Positions 12,874 through 26,207 of a DNA stretch of 64,000 bases are shown piece after piece. The stretch lies in contig NIVC01001267.1 in NCBI GenBank assembly GCA_002269645.1, forward strand, positions 62,001 to 126,000, in the 5' to 3' direction. Origin of the DNA: Macrostomum lignano (Eukaryota). How positions within the stretch are numbered: position 1 is the stretch's first letter; every line of letters starts with the position of its first letter. The notes under the pieces were generated by a model. That model worked only from the letters and a program-made list of their open reading frames with translations, searched no databases and was not told where the DNA came from. The position numbers and the translations under genes were made by a program.

Positions 12874-14232
12874 TATATAAGCGTACTGTGCAAGTGCAAG
12901 ACAGTACAATGCTGCGTAATGCACTTTACACACCAGATTTTCTACAATCCCGGCAGGCATCCGGCATTCCCTTTCCCTGTATGTATGACAGTTGATTTTG
13001 AGAATTGAGCTTGTTAGAGCGAGCGAACAAACCCTTTTCCAATTCTGGGCCTGAATTTTTCATTCCATTGTAAAGAACTTTTACCCAGACACAATGACAA
13101 GTCAAATCGGCCATGCCCATTATTACACCATTGAGGAGAGCTGATTCAACTCTGGCGCTGTGTGCAAAGGGATACGAGCGTAGCGGACCCGTGCGTAGGC
13201 CTTCTGTGTTTTACATTAACCCACAAGGCAGAACCGATCGATATCGTATGCCTGTCCAGGCAGCAGCCCTCCTCGCTCCCTCAACCCCACCAGTTAAGGG
13301 TTTTCCACTCCCTCTACTCCTTATCGTCCAATTAGCTGGGCACTGACAGCCTTCCCCACCCCCGCCGCCAGCACGAAGGGGAAAGAACGTATATTCCGCC
13401 GATTCAGTCAGCGAAGGGAGAGCCTCCCCGCCCCTCCGGACGCTATTGCCTTGGGTCCTAGCGCTGTGCCTTTCGTTCAGTTGTTTTTTGGAGCTCCCAA
13501 AGTTTTAGTTTCAGTCAGTCAGTCTTTTATTAAAACCGCGGTCTTCTGGCCCTGGCCCGTAGGGCCGTAAGTTACAATTTTTTTGCATGATATATGTTAT
13601 CTAAATAAGCTACATGTAATATGTAAGGATAATAGAGCCCTGTCTTCGTGCTTCGTAAGACAGATTACAGTCACAAAAACTTCAGAGTTCAGTAGTATCT
13701 ATCTGTCTGTATCTGTGGATTTTATAACTTTAAGTACATTCTGAGTTTCTTATACTATACATAGCCATCTCTTCGGGAGATGTGGTTCATATATACTAGT
13801 GTTTTGCCACAAGGAGTGTCCATATTGATATACAATAGCCATAGCCATAAGGCATAAGCAAAACTATAGGTTATTCCAATTCTCTGTATTCCATAGCCGT
13901 AGGGACCCCAATATTATTACCATATTCCCATAGTTCCCGTAGCAGTAGCCATAGTTTTAACAAAAAGTCTAGAAAACAAAATATCTTAATCAAGAAGATA
14001 ACCTGGTGCTTAAACAACTGCAAATTAAGTTAGGAAATAAAAGAAACAATTGATTGCCTTTGTAAGATAATATTTTGTCTTTTTATAGAGCAACTTAGCA
14101 CATGACCAAGATAGCCACATACTAAGATGGCCATAGCTCTGAGTGGCTGCTTGTATAGGCCTAAGAATAGGTCTATATATTTCTTTATTTCCTATTTATT
14201 GGCTATGATTGGGATGGGGTATAGCTAGCTTC

Positions 14233-16478
14233 CAGTGATGGGCACCACTAAATATTTTTGTAGCGCCACTATATAGCATTTCCGCTATCAAATTTTAAAA
14301 AAAGTTAGCACTGCTATGGGTATCCACGCTTTTCGGTGTCTGTGCTTTTCGATGCTAGGCATTTTAGTGCCCCAGTTTGCTTTTTGGTGCCTCATTTTGC
14401 CTTTTGGTCCCAGCTTAACAAATATATGGAATGAAGCTAAAAGTCAATCATGTTATTCTAGATTCAATCAAAGGCAATTACGAATATGATATATTTAGCA
14501 ATGCTAAATATGAAATTCGCTAAAATTCAAAATTTCCTAAAAACATGAAGATTCATTTTTACTGTTTCTTTTCTTTAGTTTAAGCAGTGTGAATATTAGA
14601 AAGATTTTACTTTATATTTATTAAAATAAAATGCAAATTAGTTAAAAATTCGTCACATTGAACGCTACCAGAACGCTACCTGAAAGCTACTCATAAGCTA
14701 CCAGAATGCTACCTGAAAGCTACTCATAAGCTACCAGAACGCTACCCAAAAATATTCGAATGAAATTCTAAGAAACAGTTAGGGAGTGAAAACAGAAGTG
14801 CAATCAGGATAACTATAGTTGACATACAGCAATAAAACCCTGTTACAAATTTGGTGGCTAATTGGTGGGATAGTTTCAGTAAGCACAATTAGACCTGTCA
14901 CAGCTGGTGGCATTAGTGGAATACCTAAAGATGGAAGTTAGCCCTGCGACATTAGGTACTAGGTTTTGGCATCATATTCACATTTGGCACCGAAAAGCAA
15001 ACTGCCTAGGGCACCGAAAAGCAAACTAGGGCACTGAAATGCCTGACACCGAAAAGCATGGGCATCAAAATGCATGGAAACCCTGCTATGTAGCGGCCAC
15101 TATTTTAGTTTCAAAATTAGCGAATTTAGCAATGCTAAATATGAAATTTGCTAAAATTCAAAGTTTCCTAAAAACATGAAGATTCATTTTTACTGTTTCT
15201 TTTCTTTAGTTTAAGCAGTGTGAATATTAGAAAGATTTTACTTTATATTTATTAAAATAAAATGCAAATTAGTTAAAAATTCGTCACATTGAAAAAAGTA
15301 AATTGTTGTATTTATATGGCGCAAAGCCAAAGGATAAGGTAAGGTAACCAGTATAGTAACACTAACACTAACAGACAGTAGTACTGTAGTAAGTTTAGTA
15401 ACTTCACTTAATAAATTGCCACTGCCAGTCACCTAGTTGGTTACCATTGCTGGTTAGCAGTCAATGATAGTAATTGACATGACTATTTAAGTTCTATTAT
15501 TGGAATTAATTGAATTACTGATTTATAGAATTGTATTGTACTCAGTGGCGGATCCAGTGTTTCATTTTGGGGGGAGGGTGGTCCAAGTTTGGGGTGCCAA
15601 CACGAGTGTAAAGGGTGCCAATTTTAAAGCTAGGGGGCGCAAAAAATGCACATAGGGGGTGAAAAATCAAGCTTAAGGGTGCTAAAAAAACATTTGAAGG
15701 CAAAAAATCAAGCTTAGGGGCACTCTAAAGGCATTTGGGGGGGGGAAATCACATTTAAAGGTGCAAACTTAAGTTTTTTGGGGGGTGCAATATGTTCATT
15801 TAAGCTATTTTGAGGGGGGGGGGGCAGCTGCCCCCTAAATCTGCCCTTGATTGTACTTACGGCACTTGCAATTGAATCAATTGAATAAATTAAAAATTAA
15901 AATGAACATTTATAGATTTATTTAGGAGATAAAATTATTATTTAGACAAAAAACAAATAGCAAGAACAACAGCAGCAAAAAATGAGACAAGTAACAAAAA
16001 CAAAAAAGAAAAGTTAGACTCATCACTCATCAGTCATCAGTCATCACTATCGTCTATTAGGCATCAGTATCAGTCTATATGTATAATCTATCTATGAGTC
16101 CTATGACTATGAGTATGACTGACTATCAGTTTATTTTATTTCTTTCCTTATTAGTATCAGTATGACAGTATCAATACAGTAATACATGACTTGATTGTAA
16201 ATTCTAAATACTGTTACATTACATATGCTAAAAAAGATTTTAAAAGTTAAAATCAGTATAACAAAATTGTTTTGAAGACTGAGAACCCTAAAAAACAATG
16301 TAAAAGAAAATTAGTTGCCTAAAATTTAGCAAATTTCAATTTTTAGCAAATTTGAGTGAAACAGCACTTTTGTAGTGTATGCTAAGTCAAAATTCAATTT
16401 AGAGATATTAGTGAATTTCAAAAATCGTAGCGACGCTATAGCGAATTTCAAATTTAGCGCCCGCTATGCCTATCACTG
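14233..16478. mobile_element. Non-autonomous hAT element (2.2 kb)
   Basis: Termini CAGTGATGGGCA / TGCCTATCACTG. Perfect 8-bp TSD CTAGCTTC (14225-14232, 16479-16486). Internal ~165-bp direct duplication (~14500-14665 vs ~15125-15290). Confidence 0.9.
15543..15849. mobile_element. hAT-type MITE nested in the 14233-16478 element
   Basis: Imperfect TIR CAGTGGCGGATCCAG / CTAAATCTGCCCTTG. Perfect 8-bp TSD ATTGTACT. Confidence 0.85.
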
Positions 16479-16780
16479 CTAGCTTCAAGTCTTGGAGAAG
16501 ACATGTTGTTAGTGAAATTAGATTAGTAAAACAAAAAAACATACAGGTAGAGTAAAATGTAAAGTAGGTAGTAATAAACTTCTATTTACAGCAGGTATTA
16601 CTACCTACTAAAGCTAGTAGCACTAATAGCTCAAGACATTTGATTTTTGTATCATGGATAATAGTTTCAAACCTATCTCAATATACTAAAACTGACATGT
16701 TGTGCTTGCATATGTTTAAAGTTAAAGGTAGAGGTTAAATTAAGTTATTAGTTATGATAGAAGTAAGCAAAAATTGGAGT

Positions 16781-16953
16781 GCCCTCTCATCTCTTATCTT
16801 TTCTCTCTCTCATCTCTGCCCTCTCGTCTCTCATCTTTTCTCTCTCTCATCTCTGCCCTCATCTCTCATCTCTGCCCTCTCGTCTCTCATCTGTCTCTCT
16901 CACCTCTCGTCTCTCATCTTTTCTCTCTTATCTCTGCCTTCTCGTCTCTCATC
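16781..16953 (+). repeat. CT-rich satellite (TCTCTCATCTCTGCCC), left half; continues at 35535-36060
   Basis: The same motif lies on both sides of the large hAT insertion. Confidence 0.85.
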
Positions 16954-18219
16954 TAGAGCTCGAACGGGATCCCAATCCCGATCTCGAATTCTCGGGATCC
17001 CGAAGATTTTTCGGGAATTCGGGATCGGGGTCCCGAAGGCTTAGAGATCTTGGGATTCGGGAGCACAATAGATTGATAATGAAGATGATGCTTTCAACAA
17101 TCAAGAGCAGTAATCAATACTAAGCTAATTTTTGTAACAGCAACTATAAATATGTTGAAAGTCTGACCTTGAATTCACCAAATAAAGCAGCAGATTTTTA
17201 CTTAGTAACAGATTTGTAAAGAGTTGTACTGGTAAATAACAAACTAACGAGTATGAGGCTTTTCACGAAGCGATTCGAGTTTGAGGCTTTTCACGAAGCG
17301 ATTCCAGAACCAGAATTTTACAAGAAAAAGGCAGTATAACTAACGCAATTCAATATTACATTAACGTAGAACAGTCGCCTTTCGTGCGATTTTTAGCCAC
17401 CTTGTAACTCTTACTTTCAGAAAAAGTCTACAAACTCTAGACTAAACTCTTGATTCCTTTTTATTTAGGCGCTCGAAAGTCAGCTATACTTTTCAAAAAG
17501 GGTCTGGAACAAGAATTGACAATATGAAAAGCCCCTCATGGGTTTTTTGCTTTACGCGCCTTTAATTGTCACCCAATTGAAGCTAATTTTAGATATTTGG
17601 CTGAAGGCACATTATAACAACTAAGCATTTTTTTACGTTTGTAGTTGTGGACTTGTTTCTTTCATTTTATCAATAAGCATATCACATTAATAATTTCAGA
17701 CTAATTGTCCTAAGTTGACTGCACTGTGAGTTGACTCTACTAACTTGGCGACATTGCATTAGTATCTATCATGCAATGCTTTCAACATTCTGGATTGCAC
17801 ATTTATGGCTAGTAAGTATGTCAGTGGCATGATTTTTAATTTTGTAGCAGCAGCATTGTCAATTTGTTTTTTATAGACTAAACTGATCCCCATTTGTTGA
17901 ATACTTGAATATAAACGTATTATACTATAAAAAGAAATGAAGCCGTAGCATTAACATTCAATGCCTATTGCTTATAGCCGAGAAAACGAATATAATTATT
18001 GCTGTTAAGTTGATTCTTCCAGTCTTATTTATTTCTTCGCTAAAAACGAAAAGCACAGTATAAAACTAAAAACTGGGATTATTATTTCTCAATGGCAAAA
18101 CAAAGGATTCTTTTCGGAGTGGCGCTATACAATACTAGGAGTCGGAGATTAGAGCACCAGCATTATGATTTCGTTGAATATTGCATTACATTGATTACAA
18201 TCATTGGATAGACAAAACA

Positions 18220-18484
18220 TACATGTACCTTTGTGCGTCCAAAAAGTTCTTAGGTACCCTCGATGCTCTTCAAAAATCGTATTGCTAATTTTGTAGGTTT
18301 CGTACGTAGGTAAATGATCAATTGCTTTAGTTCTGTCAACGCAATTCAGCTGAAACTTTAGCACTGAATTCATTACATAATGGCCCATGTCTGTTTAGTT
18401 TTTCATCAAAATCGGTCGAGTCCGAACAGATGCAGAGATATGAGGGGTGTCTAAAAACTTTTTGGACGCACTAAGGTACATGTA
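18220..18484. mobile_element. Tc1/mariner-type MITE
   Basis: TIR TACATGTACCTT(T/A)GTGCGTCCAAAAAGTT at both ends, TA at each end. Confidence 0.82.
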
Positions 18485-18589
18485 GACAGTAATACGAACT
18501 TAGGAAGTAAGATAAAATATGCAATTGCTGTCAGTCAAGTTTCAATTTTAATGCCACCACTTTCACCAAAACCCAAGTTCATCTTGAAG

Positions 18590-20640
18590 TTAAAGAAGCT
18601 TAATTAGGTCCCGGTTTAGCTTGCAGACCAACAGTTTCTCCAGCGTCTCTGGAGCCAGTGAACCTCGTCTGTCAGTAAGAACATTGCCAGCAAAACTGAA
18701 AAGCCGCTCGCTGGCAGTGCTAGAAGCTGGGATGCAGAAAAGCTTCCGCACAATTCGAATTGCTGATTTCCGCAACTGCTGACCATGATAGCATTGCCAA
18801 AACTGCAGTGGATCAGCAAAGGCTGACTGCAAAGATTCACTGAAGAAATCATGCAGCTCCCTCTGCAGCCTGGCCTTTGCAGCAGTAATAACGTTATCAG
18901 TAGCATCCTGGTTTTCCGGATCAACATTGCCTGTGAAGCGGGAATGCAGAGTCTCGAGAAAAGATCGCTTTCTAGGAGTCTCGTAATCAATCTCATCAGC
19001 ACGTGCAGCAATAGTAGAAATGGAATCATTGCTGTAAGATACACTAGCACTCTCAGAAGTTCCTGCCTCGATTGTTGTACTTGAAGTTGTAGCCAGTTGA
19101 AGTGTTGGCTGAGTGGAGGCCTCAATAGAAGCCAACAGCTTGTCTTTCACAAGTGTAGCAATGGTATCTCGATCGGCAGCAGGAAAGAATGCTAGCTTAA
19201 ATCGTGGGTCAAGTGCTGTGCTTAGTTTGCACTCATGTTCTTCCACAACGGCTCCAAAGCGTGCTTCAACACCATTGCAAAGCGCCTCATGCAGAGAAGT
19301 CACACCTTGACTAGCAGAAGCATCTAGATGTTCCAGTAGCATGGCCTTCATTGGAACAATGATGGATATGCTAGATGCTTCACTGCTCACAAGGCGTGTC
19401 ATCTCTTCAAAGATGGACAGCAACTTCACGATTTTGTTGATGAGCTGGAACTCCCATGACAGTAAGGATTCTACATCAGATCGATTTGATGTATATGCTG
19501 CAATTGTTTCCTCTTGTTCACTAATACGCTGTAACATTAGGAATGTAGAATTCCAGCGAGTTGGTACATCACCAAGAAGTTTATGCTCTGGTTTGCCCAG
19601 AGCAACTTGCAGGCATTGGAATCTTGCCTGTAGAACCGATCCGTGGAGGTGTGCAACAAGCCGACGGCATTTGGCAACAACAGTAACCACAGATGATTGC
19701 ACTTTGAGTGCATCTTGCACCACAAGATTCAGTTTGTGGGCGATGCACCCACCACTTAGAAGTTCACATGATCGTCTTTGAGTAGCTGTTTGGCTTTCAC
19801 CATATTGCTGGCATTGTCAGTGATCACAGCAATCACTTTGTCAGAAATGTTCCACTCTTGAAATAGCTCCTGCAGAGTAGACGCAATCAATACAGCCGTA
19901 ATGGTTGTCTGTTAGTTGAGGCAGGGCCAAGACAGTTGAAAACCGAGTGAGATCAGGTCGGATGGCATGTAGTGTAAGACTCATTAGCGAGATGCTTTGT
20001 TCTGTCCATATGTCAGTAGTCACTGAAGCAAGTCACTGAAGCATGTTGAATCGTGGACAGGATTCCAAGCAGCTCCTGTTTCACTTTGTCAAGCACGTCA
20101 TCAACTTGCTTGCGATGGTAGTGATCAGATTTGACTACATATCGTGGAACTGCAACCTTCAGGACTCCACAAAATCCTTCATCCGATACCACTGAGAAAG
20201 GCTGGCTGTCTAAGATCATCATTCGTGTAATAGCGAAATCCAAGGCCTTAGACTTTGGAAAGCTATAGTCCCACGGCTTTGTGGCTTCCAAAGTTTCAAG
20301 TATGGTCTTTTGGACCAATTTTTGACAACTTTGATTCAGTATCCATACCAGTGGAATAGTCAGAGTCAGCAAGTTTAGCAGGCTCATCTCCATCTCTAAT
20401 GTCATTTGCACTTGAGGTGCTCGTGCTTGGTTGATTCCTTTTTAGATTATTCGCTTTAGAATGATTGGATTCGAGAGACTTCAATTCGATAAAAAAGTCT
20501 GGATGGCAAGACTCAACATGTCGACGGGGGCCACTTGTGGAGGCAGTTTTACAGACAATTATACGCTTGCAATCAGGCTTCAGACAAATGGCATGTAAAA
20601 TTCCATTTCGCACTTCCTTCTTGAAAAAAACGCCAGACAA
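18590..20640 (-). pseudogene. hAT transposase (BED finger, DDE/RNase H core, C-terminal dimerization domain), frameshifted
   Basis: BED-like VWRFF..C..C..H; TTDIWT; ITDNASNM; CIAHKLNLVVQD; DVPTRWNSTFLML; IPASSTASERLFS. Spread over ORFs 20296-20640, 20013-20411, 19841-20023 and 18590-19723. Confidence 0.92.
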
Positions 20641-22411
20641 AGCTCAATACAATTGCTGTTGCTCAATAGAAGAGGATGGAAGTTACTCAAAATATCTTTA
20701 CTTCTTCAATGATCAATTAATCAATTTATTGATTACTAAACAGTGATGCTATTGCTGACCAGACCTGATATTTATAGTTTATACTGATGGCCAATAGGTA
20801 GGCTAGGATAGCTGAAATGTGAAAAGGAACAATTTTTATTATCTCAACTTGTTACCTTAACATGAACATCTACTATCAGTAATCAGTATAGTACAATGGC
20901 AGTATAATACTTTAAATACTGTATTTAAGCATCTGAGATTTGATTTGAATGAGTATAACAAATTAACAATCATAACATCTTCCAATCTAATGATTTCCAT
21001 ATGATCATATAAACAGCCAATGTCATTATGTCAATAACCTTTTAGATAAGCACATATATGGTCTTACTCAAACTTCAAACAATGATACTAAAATGGTATA
21101 ATAGTATTTAATTACAAATTACAAGATTCAGATTAACTTAACTATAATTCTGAAATCTAATATATTATTGATTCTTTAATTATAAGTGTAATGTAAAATG
21201 AATGAAGTTGAAATTGATTTGTTTATTATAACCTAATACCTAACTTAATATTTATTTTTAATTAAAAGACAGTTTACCTTATTGTCCTTATGACCCTATT
21301 CCATGATTATAATATAAAATATTAGGGCATATTAGCAACTATTAAACTTAATTCTTAGTAGCTTAGCTATAGCTATCTATCCTATCTACCCTCATATCAT
21401 ACCTAATTCCTATTCCTCATACTGTAACTGTACTGCTGTCATACATAACATAACACTTTGAAATAGCACTAATGGATGTGAATTATGAATTGATTATAGA
21501 TAGCATGCTCCTGTCTTATTAATAAACTAACATTGAACAAAGAAGGCAAAAATATTTAAAACAAGACTTTCAATTTTAGTTGAACTTGAAATTAAGTTAG
21601 TACTTTACTTATAATACAAATAACAATTACAATACACAATATCAAATATCAACAACTATATTTATTATTTTGTTTTCTACTTTTATATTAGTATTATGCA
21701 TATTCTAAAGTCTAAATTCACAGATTTACAACAATTGGATCAGGAAAGGAAGGACTTAAAATGCTATATTAGGCTGTTAATGCAATATATAACTGTTTTA
21801 TTAAAAATAAAACATTTAAAAAAAATAAAGTTGAAATTTGACAAACATTTTAATGATACATAACCATATATTCATGCATTGCATTGTTGCAATTTATACA
21901 ATAGTCAACTTCAACTTGACTATTACTGTTATTCTGCTTGACTTAATGTCTTTTGGTTTATATTGTATTCGAACATTTTCCTATTATTCCTAAATGTAAA
22001 AGTATTCACTTATTCATATTTCACAATCATAATCATAATATTGTAAATATTGTAATAGGTACTGATACTGATTGTACTCCAAATTTTGCTATTACTGCAG
22101 TAATCATTTGCTAAATTATTTTCAATTTAAATTTGTGCGGAAAGGGACATTGCTAAGTCGTCAGTCGTGACAATCTCAAAGAGAACCTTAAACCCCTAAC
22201 CCTAGAAACTTGAAAGACAAAGCCTTAATTCTTTAAGATGCTTTAATTGCTTGCTTATAAATCTTTTTTAAGTCTTCATAGTTGTTTAACTTAGTTCAAT
22301 TTGAAATTATGAATCATATCCACAATGGTCCCTTTTGGTGCAAATTTAAAATGAAAATAATTTCGTAAATGAAACTGCACTATCCCAATTTTATTGTATA
22401 TATATATATTA

Positions 22412-22630
22412 CACTGTGTCCCAATAAAACACTCCACAGTGAAAAGGTCTGTTAAACTTAATGATATGCTATGAGCATAGTGTAATCAAGTTAAGTTACA
22501 TAATTTCATTAATTAAGTTTATTGATTAAGTCAAGTTAAGTTAATAGTTAATTAAGTTAATTATAAGTGAAGTTAAATTATCATTAAGTTTAACAGACCT
22601 TTTTTCTGTGGTGTTTTTTGGGACATGGTG
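22412..22630. mobile_element. Tc1/mariner-type MITE
   Basis: Long imperfect TIR CACTGTGTCCCA..AAAAGGTCTGTTAAACTTAATGATA and its reverse complement, flanked by TA. Confidence 0.8.
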
Positions 22631-22739
22631 TATATCAGAAAAGGATTCTGCCAATATAGTCTTCAATCAGTCTTTCTCTCTATCAATTAGCATTAAGCAT
22701 AGACTATTTCTTATTCTCAATTTCCCACCCGTATAAAAC

Positions 22740-23340
22740 GAAACGGTCACAAAAAGAGGCTGTGACCGTTCCACTTGTTACCGTGGTCTGTAATGCTTGT
22801 GACCGTTTATTGTGACCGTTCATGTTCGTGATAATAAGGTAACATGATACCGTTCATAGTTACCATATATGTGACCGTTTGTTCAGGGTCACATGTTACC
22901 GATCAATGTGACCGTATTTTGTGACCGTTTGTTTAGGGTCACATGTTACCGTTCAATGTGACCGTATTTTGTGACCGTTTGTTTAGGGTCACATGTTACC
23001 GTTCAATGTGACCGTATTTTGTGACCGTTTGTTTAGGGTCACATGTTACCGTTCAATGTGACCGTATTTTGTGACCGTTTGTTCAGGGTCACATGTTACC
23101 GTTCAATGTGACCGTATTTTGTGACCGTTTGTTCAGGGTCACATGTTACCGTTCAATGTGACCGTATTTTGTGACCGTTTGTTCAGGGTCACGTGTTACC
23201 GTTCAATGTGACCGTATTTTGTGACCGTTTTGCTTAGGGTAACTATGTTACTGTTTACTTTTGCCATATTTTGTGACCGTTTTGCTTACGGTAACTATGT
23301 TACTGTTTACTGTTACCATATTTTGTGACCGTTTTGTGAT
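22740..23340 (+). repeat. EnSpm left subterminal array (50-bp unit rich in GTGACCGT)
   Basis: Units start at 22921, 22971, 23021; reverse complement of the 34095-34740 array. Confidence 0.9.
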
Positions 23341-23520
23341 CTTGTGTGTTTTTTCTGACTATGGACCAACAGTATTATAATGTGCAAATAAGTAACAGGA
23401 ATACAAATCAGCAGTAATATATTAGATGTGAAGTAACCAGTAATTGCGGCAATTGAGCTTTATATACGCAAAGCGCGCTATTATTAAAATGCATTATTAT
23501 ATGGTACATAGCGATCGCAG

Positions 23521-23660
23521 AAGTGCGCCAAAAAGAAGTAGTTGAATTAGTGGGACATCGCAGAAGTGCGCCAAAAAGAACTAGTTGAATTAGTGGGACA
23601 TCGCAGAAGTGCGCCAAAAAGAACTAGTTGAATTATTGGGACATCGCAGAAGTGCGCGAC
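23521..23660 (+). repeat. 43-bp tandem repeat, about 3 copies
   Basis: AAGTGCGC at 23521, 23564, 23607, 23650. Confidence 0.85.
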
Positions 23661-23869
23661 CAAAAGTTAAGCAGTTTTAGAAACCCATTGTACTGCGACG
23701 TTTAGGTTTAGTTTAGCTTTGTTTAGTTTAGCACAATGATATGTTGCATACACAAATTTCTCCCTCCCACTCTCTCCATTTTTTTAATTTATTCCTGATA
23801 AGAACAGAAAAAGCCCAGTAAATAATAAAATGCCCGAAATGGCTGCATTTCAGTCTGGTACACTTCGAC

Positions 23870-25602
23870 TCATGGATTTGCAGATGGATGAGAGGCTGCA
23901 GCTTCGTCGTCATTGTGATCTCCGTTGTCGCCAACGTTGGCGTCCTCATCATCGGCATCGATGTCGATCGTCGCCACCTCATTTCCGCTGGGTGCCAATT
24001 TGAGCGATTTTTGTAGTTTTCGCGCAGTACAGAATCCAGTGCGCTTAAACACGCCGGCATACCTTCTCTCCGAAATTTGGTTGGGCAACTGCAGGCCTTC
24101 AATAAACGCCTTAATGGCGAATTTTTTCTCTTTGACACTTCCGCCTTTGGTGGCGGACCAGTTTTTGTCGACCTACGTCCCGTGTAAGAGCAGGTCGTCA
24201 GCTCGTCGTCCGTGAAAATTGCTAGGTACAAGGTCCGAAGCAATTTATCTGCGTCGGTACTCCTGTAACCTCCCTTGACATAGGCGGACACGGCATACTT
24301 TATCTTTGCGTAGTCGGTGGCCGACACGACGACGTCGGGACAGCGCGCTGTCAAGGACCTCGTCTCGGGCTCCCGTTTCCGCTGATTCAATGACGACATT
24401 CGGATCTGAGCGCGCAGGTCCATGTCGTCCAGCAACGGAGCTGCAGACGAGGCGGCCGCAGAAGCGCCACCACCAGCAGTCGTACTGCTGCTGCTAATCG
24501 TGTCAGCAACGCAATCTACTGCGATATCCTGCGAAAGCGCACCTTGCAGAACGCCGATGGCGGAAAACACGGCGTCCTGCAACACCGTAGCATATTTGGC
24601 GAGAACACCGGCCGATGGTTCAGCAGAACTTGAAGGATTAGCACCGATCTGTGCGTACTCGAGTTGGCACTCCAACTCGCGTGTTCTATTGGCTGCACTT
24701 TCATACTTCTCTTTGTACTCATTGCGCTCAAATTCAGCGTCTTCGAGTCTTTTGGCCAGGTCTTCAATCTGCCGTTGCAGGCTTTCCCTGTAGCCGTCGG
24801 CAGTCTGCTGCGCCAATTCGGCGGATGTCCGGAGGTTTAAAATTTCACGCCTGAGCGCCTGGCAGGTGGCGCAACCGTTAGGCATGTTAATGCCACCCGG
24901 CCTGTGTACCGCTTGACAGGCACTGGCACCGGCTTCTGCAGCCGCCTTTGTGCGGTATGGCCCTTTGCATATTCGCACGCGGTACGCTTTACTATTGGAG
25001 GTCTTTCCCGGTCTAATGGTGACCTCATCGTCAACTGACAGTTTGCTCGGATCTACTGAGTCGTCAGTAAGTACACACTTGTCGGCATAGACTCCAAGCC
25101 GACCGCCGTCTTCCGGCGCATATTCAAATACCCAGTAGCGGTATGCTGCTGGGCCACCGGAAGCTGGCTTTTTACTGGCGCCAGTCGCAGAGGTGCTAGA
25201 AGCGCCAGCGGCGGTAAAAGCACCAGCTGGAGTAGAAGCGCCATCAGCATTAGCGCATGCGCCAGCTGCAGCGGCGGCAGTAGCGCCAGCGGCGGTAGAA
25301 GCAGCACCAGCGGGAGTAGAAGCGCCATCAGCATTAGCGCATGCGCCAGCTGCAGCGGCGGCAGTAGCGCCAGCGGCGGTAGAAGCAGCAGCGGGGATAG
25401 AAGCGCCATCAGCATTAGTGGATGCGCCAGTGGCGGAAGTAGCGCTAGCAGCGGCGGAGGCTAAGTTGGACTTGCTGTTGCGCTTTTTTACCGCTTTTTC
25501 ATTGTTTGGCTCCGCCTCGATGGGCCTCTTTCGCGACCCTTTGGCGCCCGTTTTGCTGCCTTTCTCTTTTGGCTTTGTAGTAGCGTCACTTGGTTTGGGC
25601 AT
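23870..25602 (-). CDS. BEN-domain protein (basic N-terminus, Ala repeats, small beta-barrel, CxxC + coiled coil, C-terminal BEN); one -1 frameshift near 24122
   Basis: LRTLYLAIFTDDELTTCSYTGRR..K matches the BEN pattern. The remainder (KFAIKAFI..ISERRYAGVF..) and an acidic tail lie in the -1 frame, ending at 23870. ATG at 25602. Confidence 0.68.
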
Positions 25603-25922
25603 TTTGGTTTCTACTTGGCAGTGCTGCAAATGAGGATGTAGTTTAATCTGAGTGTTACAAAGTACAGATATAGTAGAAAAAACGTGCAGCTGCTAGTTTA
25701 GTGTTAGTCCGTGTTTAGCGTGCAGGTGCAAGTTTAGTGTTAGTCCGTGTTTAGCGTGCAGGTACTAGCTAGTTTAGTTTAGTTTAACTATAGTTTAGTG
25801 TTAGTCCGTGTTTTACACAAGGTACTAAGATTAAAGGTGATCAATGGTACATTTGAAATGAATGGAACAACGGCTTGACAGGCGTATGTCGGACGGTTTA
25901 AAATACCGTTAGTAATAATTTC

Positions 25923-26188
25923 GTGATGTAGCGCAGTCGTGAGCGAGAAAAAGTTTTATACAAAACACAGCAGACGTGCGGTTTTAAAGTACGGTTAGAA
26001 ATTTAGTGATGTAGCGCAGTCGTGAGCGAGAAAAAGTTTTGTACAAAACACAGCAGACGTGCGGTTTTAAAGTACGGTTAGAAATTTAGTGATGTAGCGC
26101 AGTCGTGAGCGAGAAAAAGTTTTATACAAAACACATAGCAGACGTGCGGTTTTAAAGTACGGTTAGAAATTTAGTGATGTAGCGCAGT
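25923..26188 (+). repeat. 83-bp tandem repeat, 3 copies plus a partial, between the BEN and CtIP-like ORFs
   Basis: GTGATGTAGCGCAGTC at 25923, 26006, 26089, 26174. Confidence 0.9.
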
Positions 26189-26207
26189 CCTTCATCACTT
26201 TATTTGT

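Noticed and set aside
23728-24120. C-terminal ~130 aa of the called 633-aa ORF
   Set aside because: Probably off-frame run-on; the BEN-like and acidic continuation lies in the -1 frame ending at 23870.
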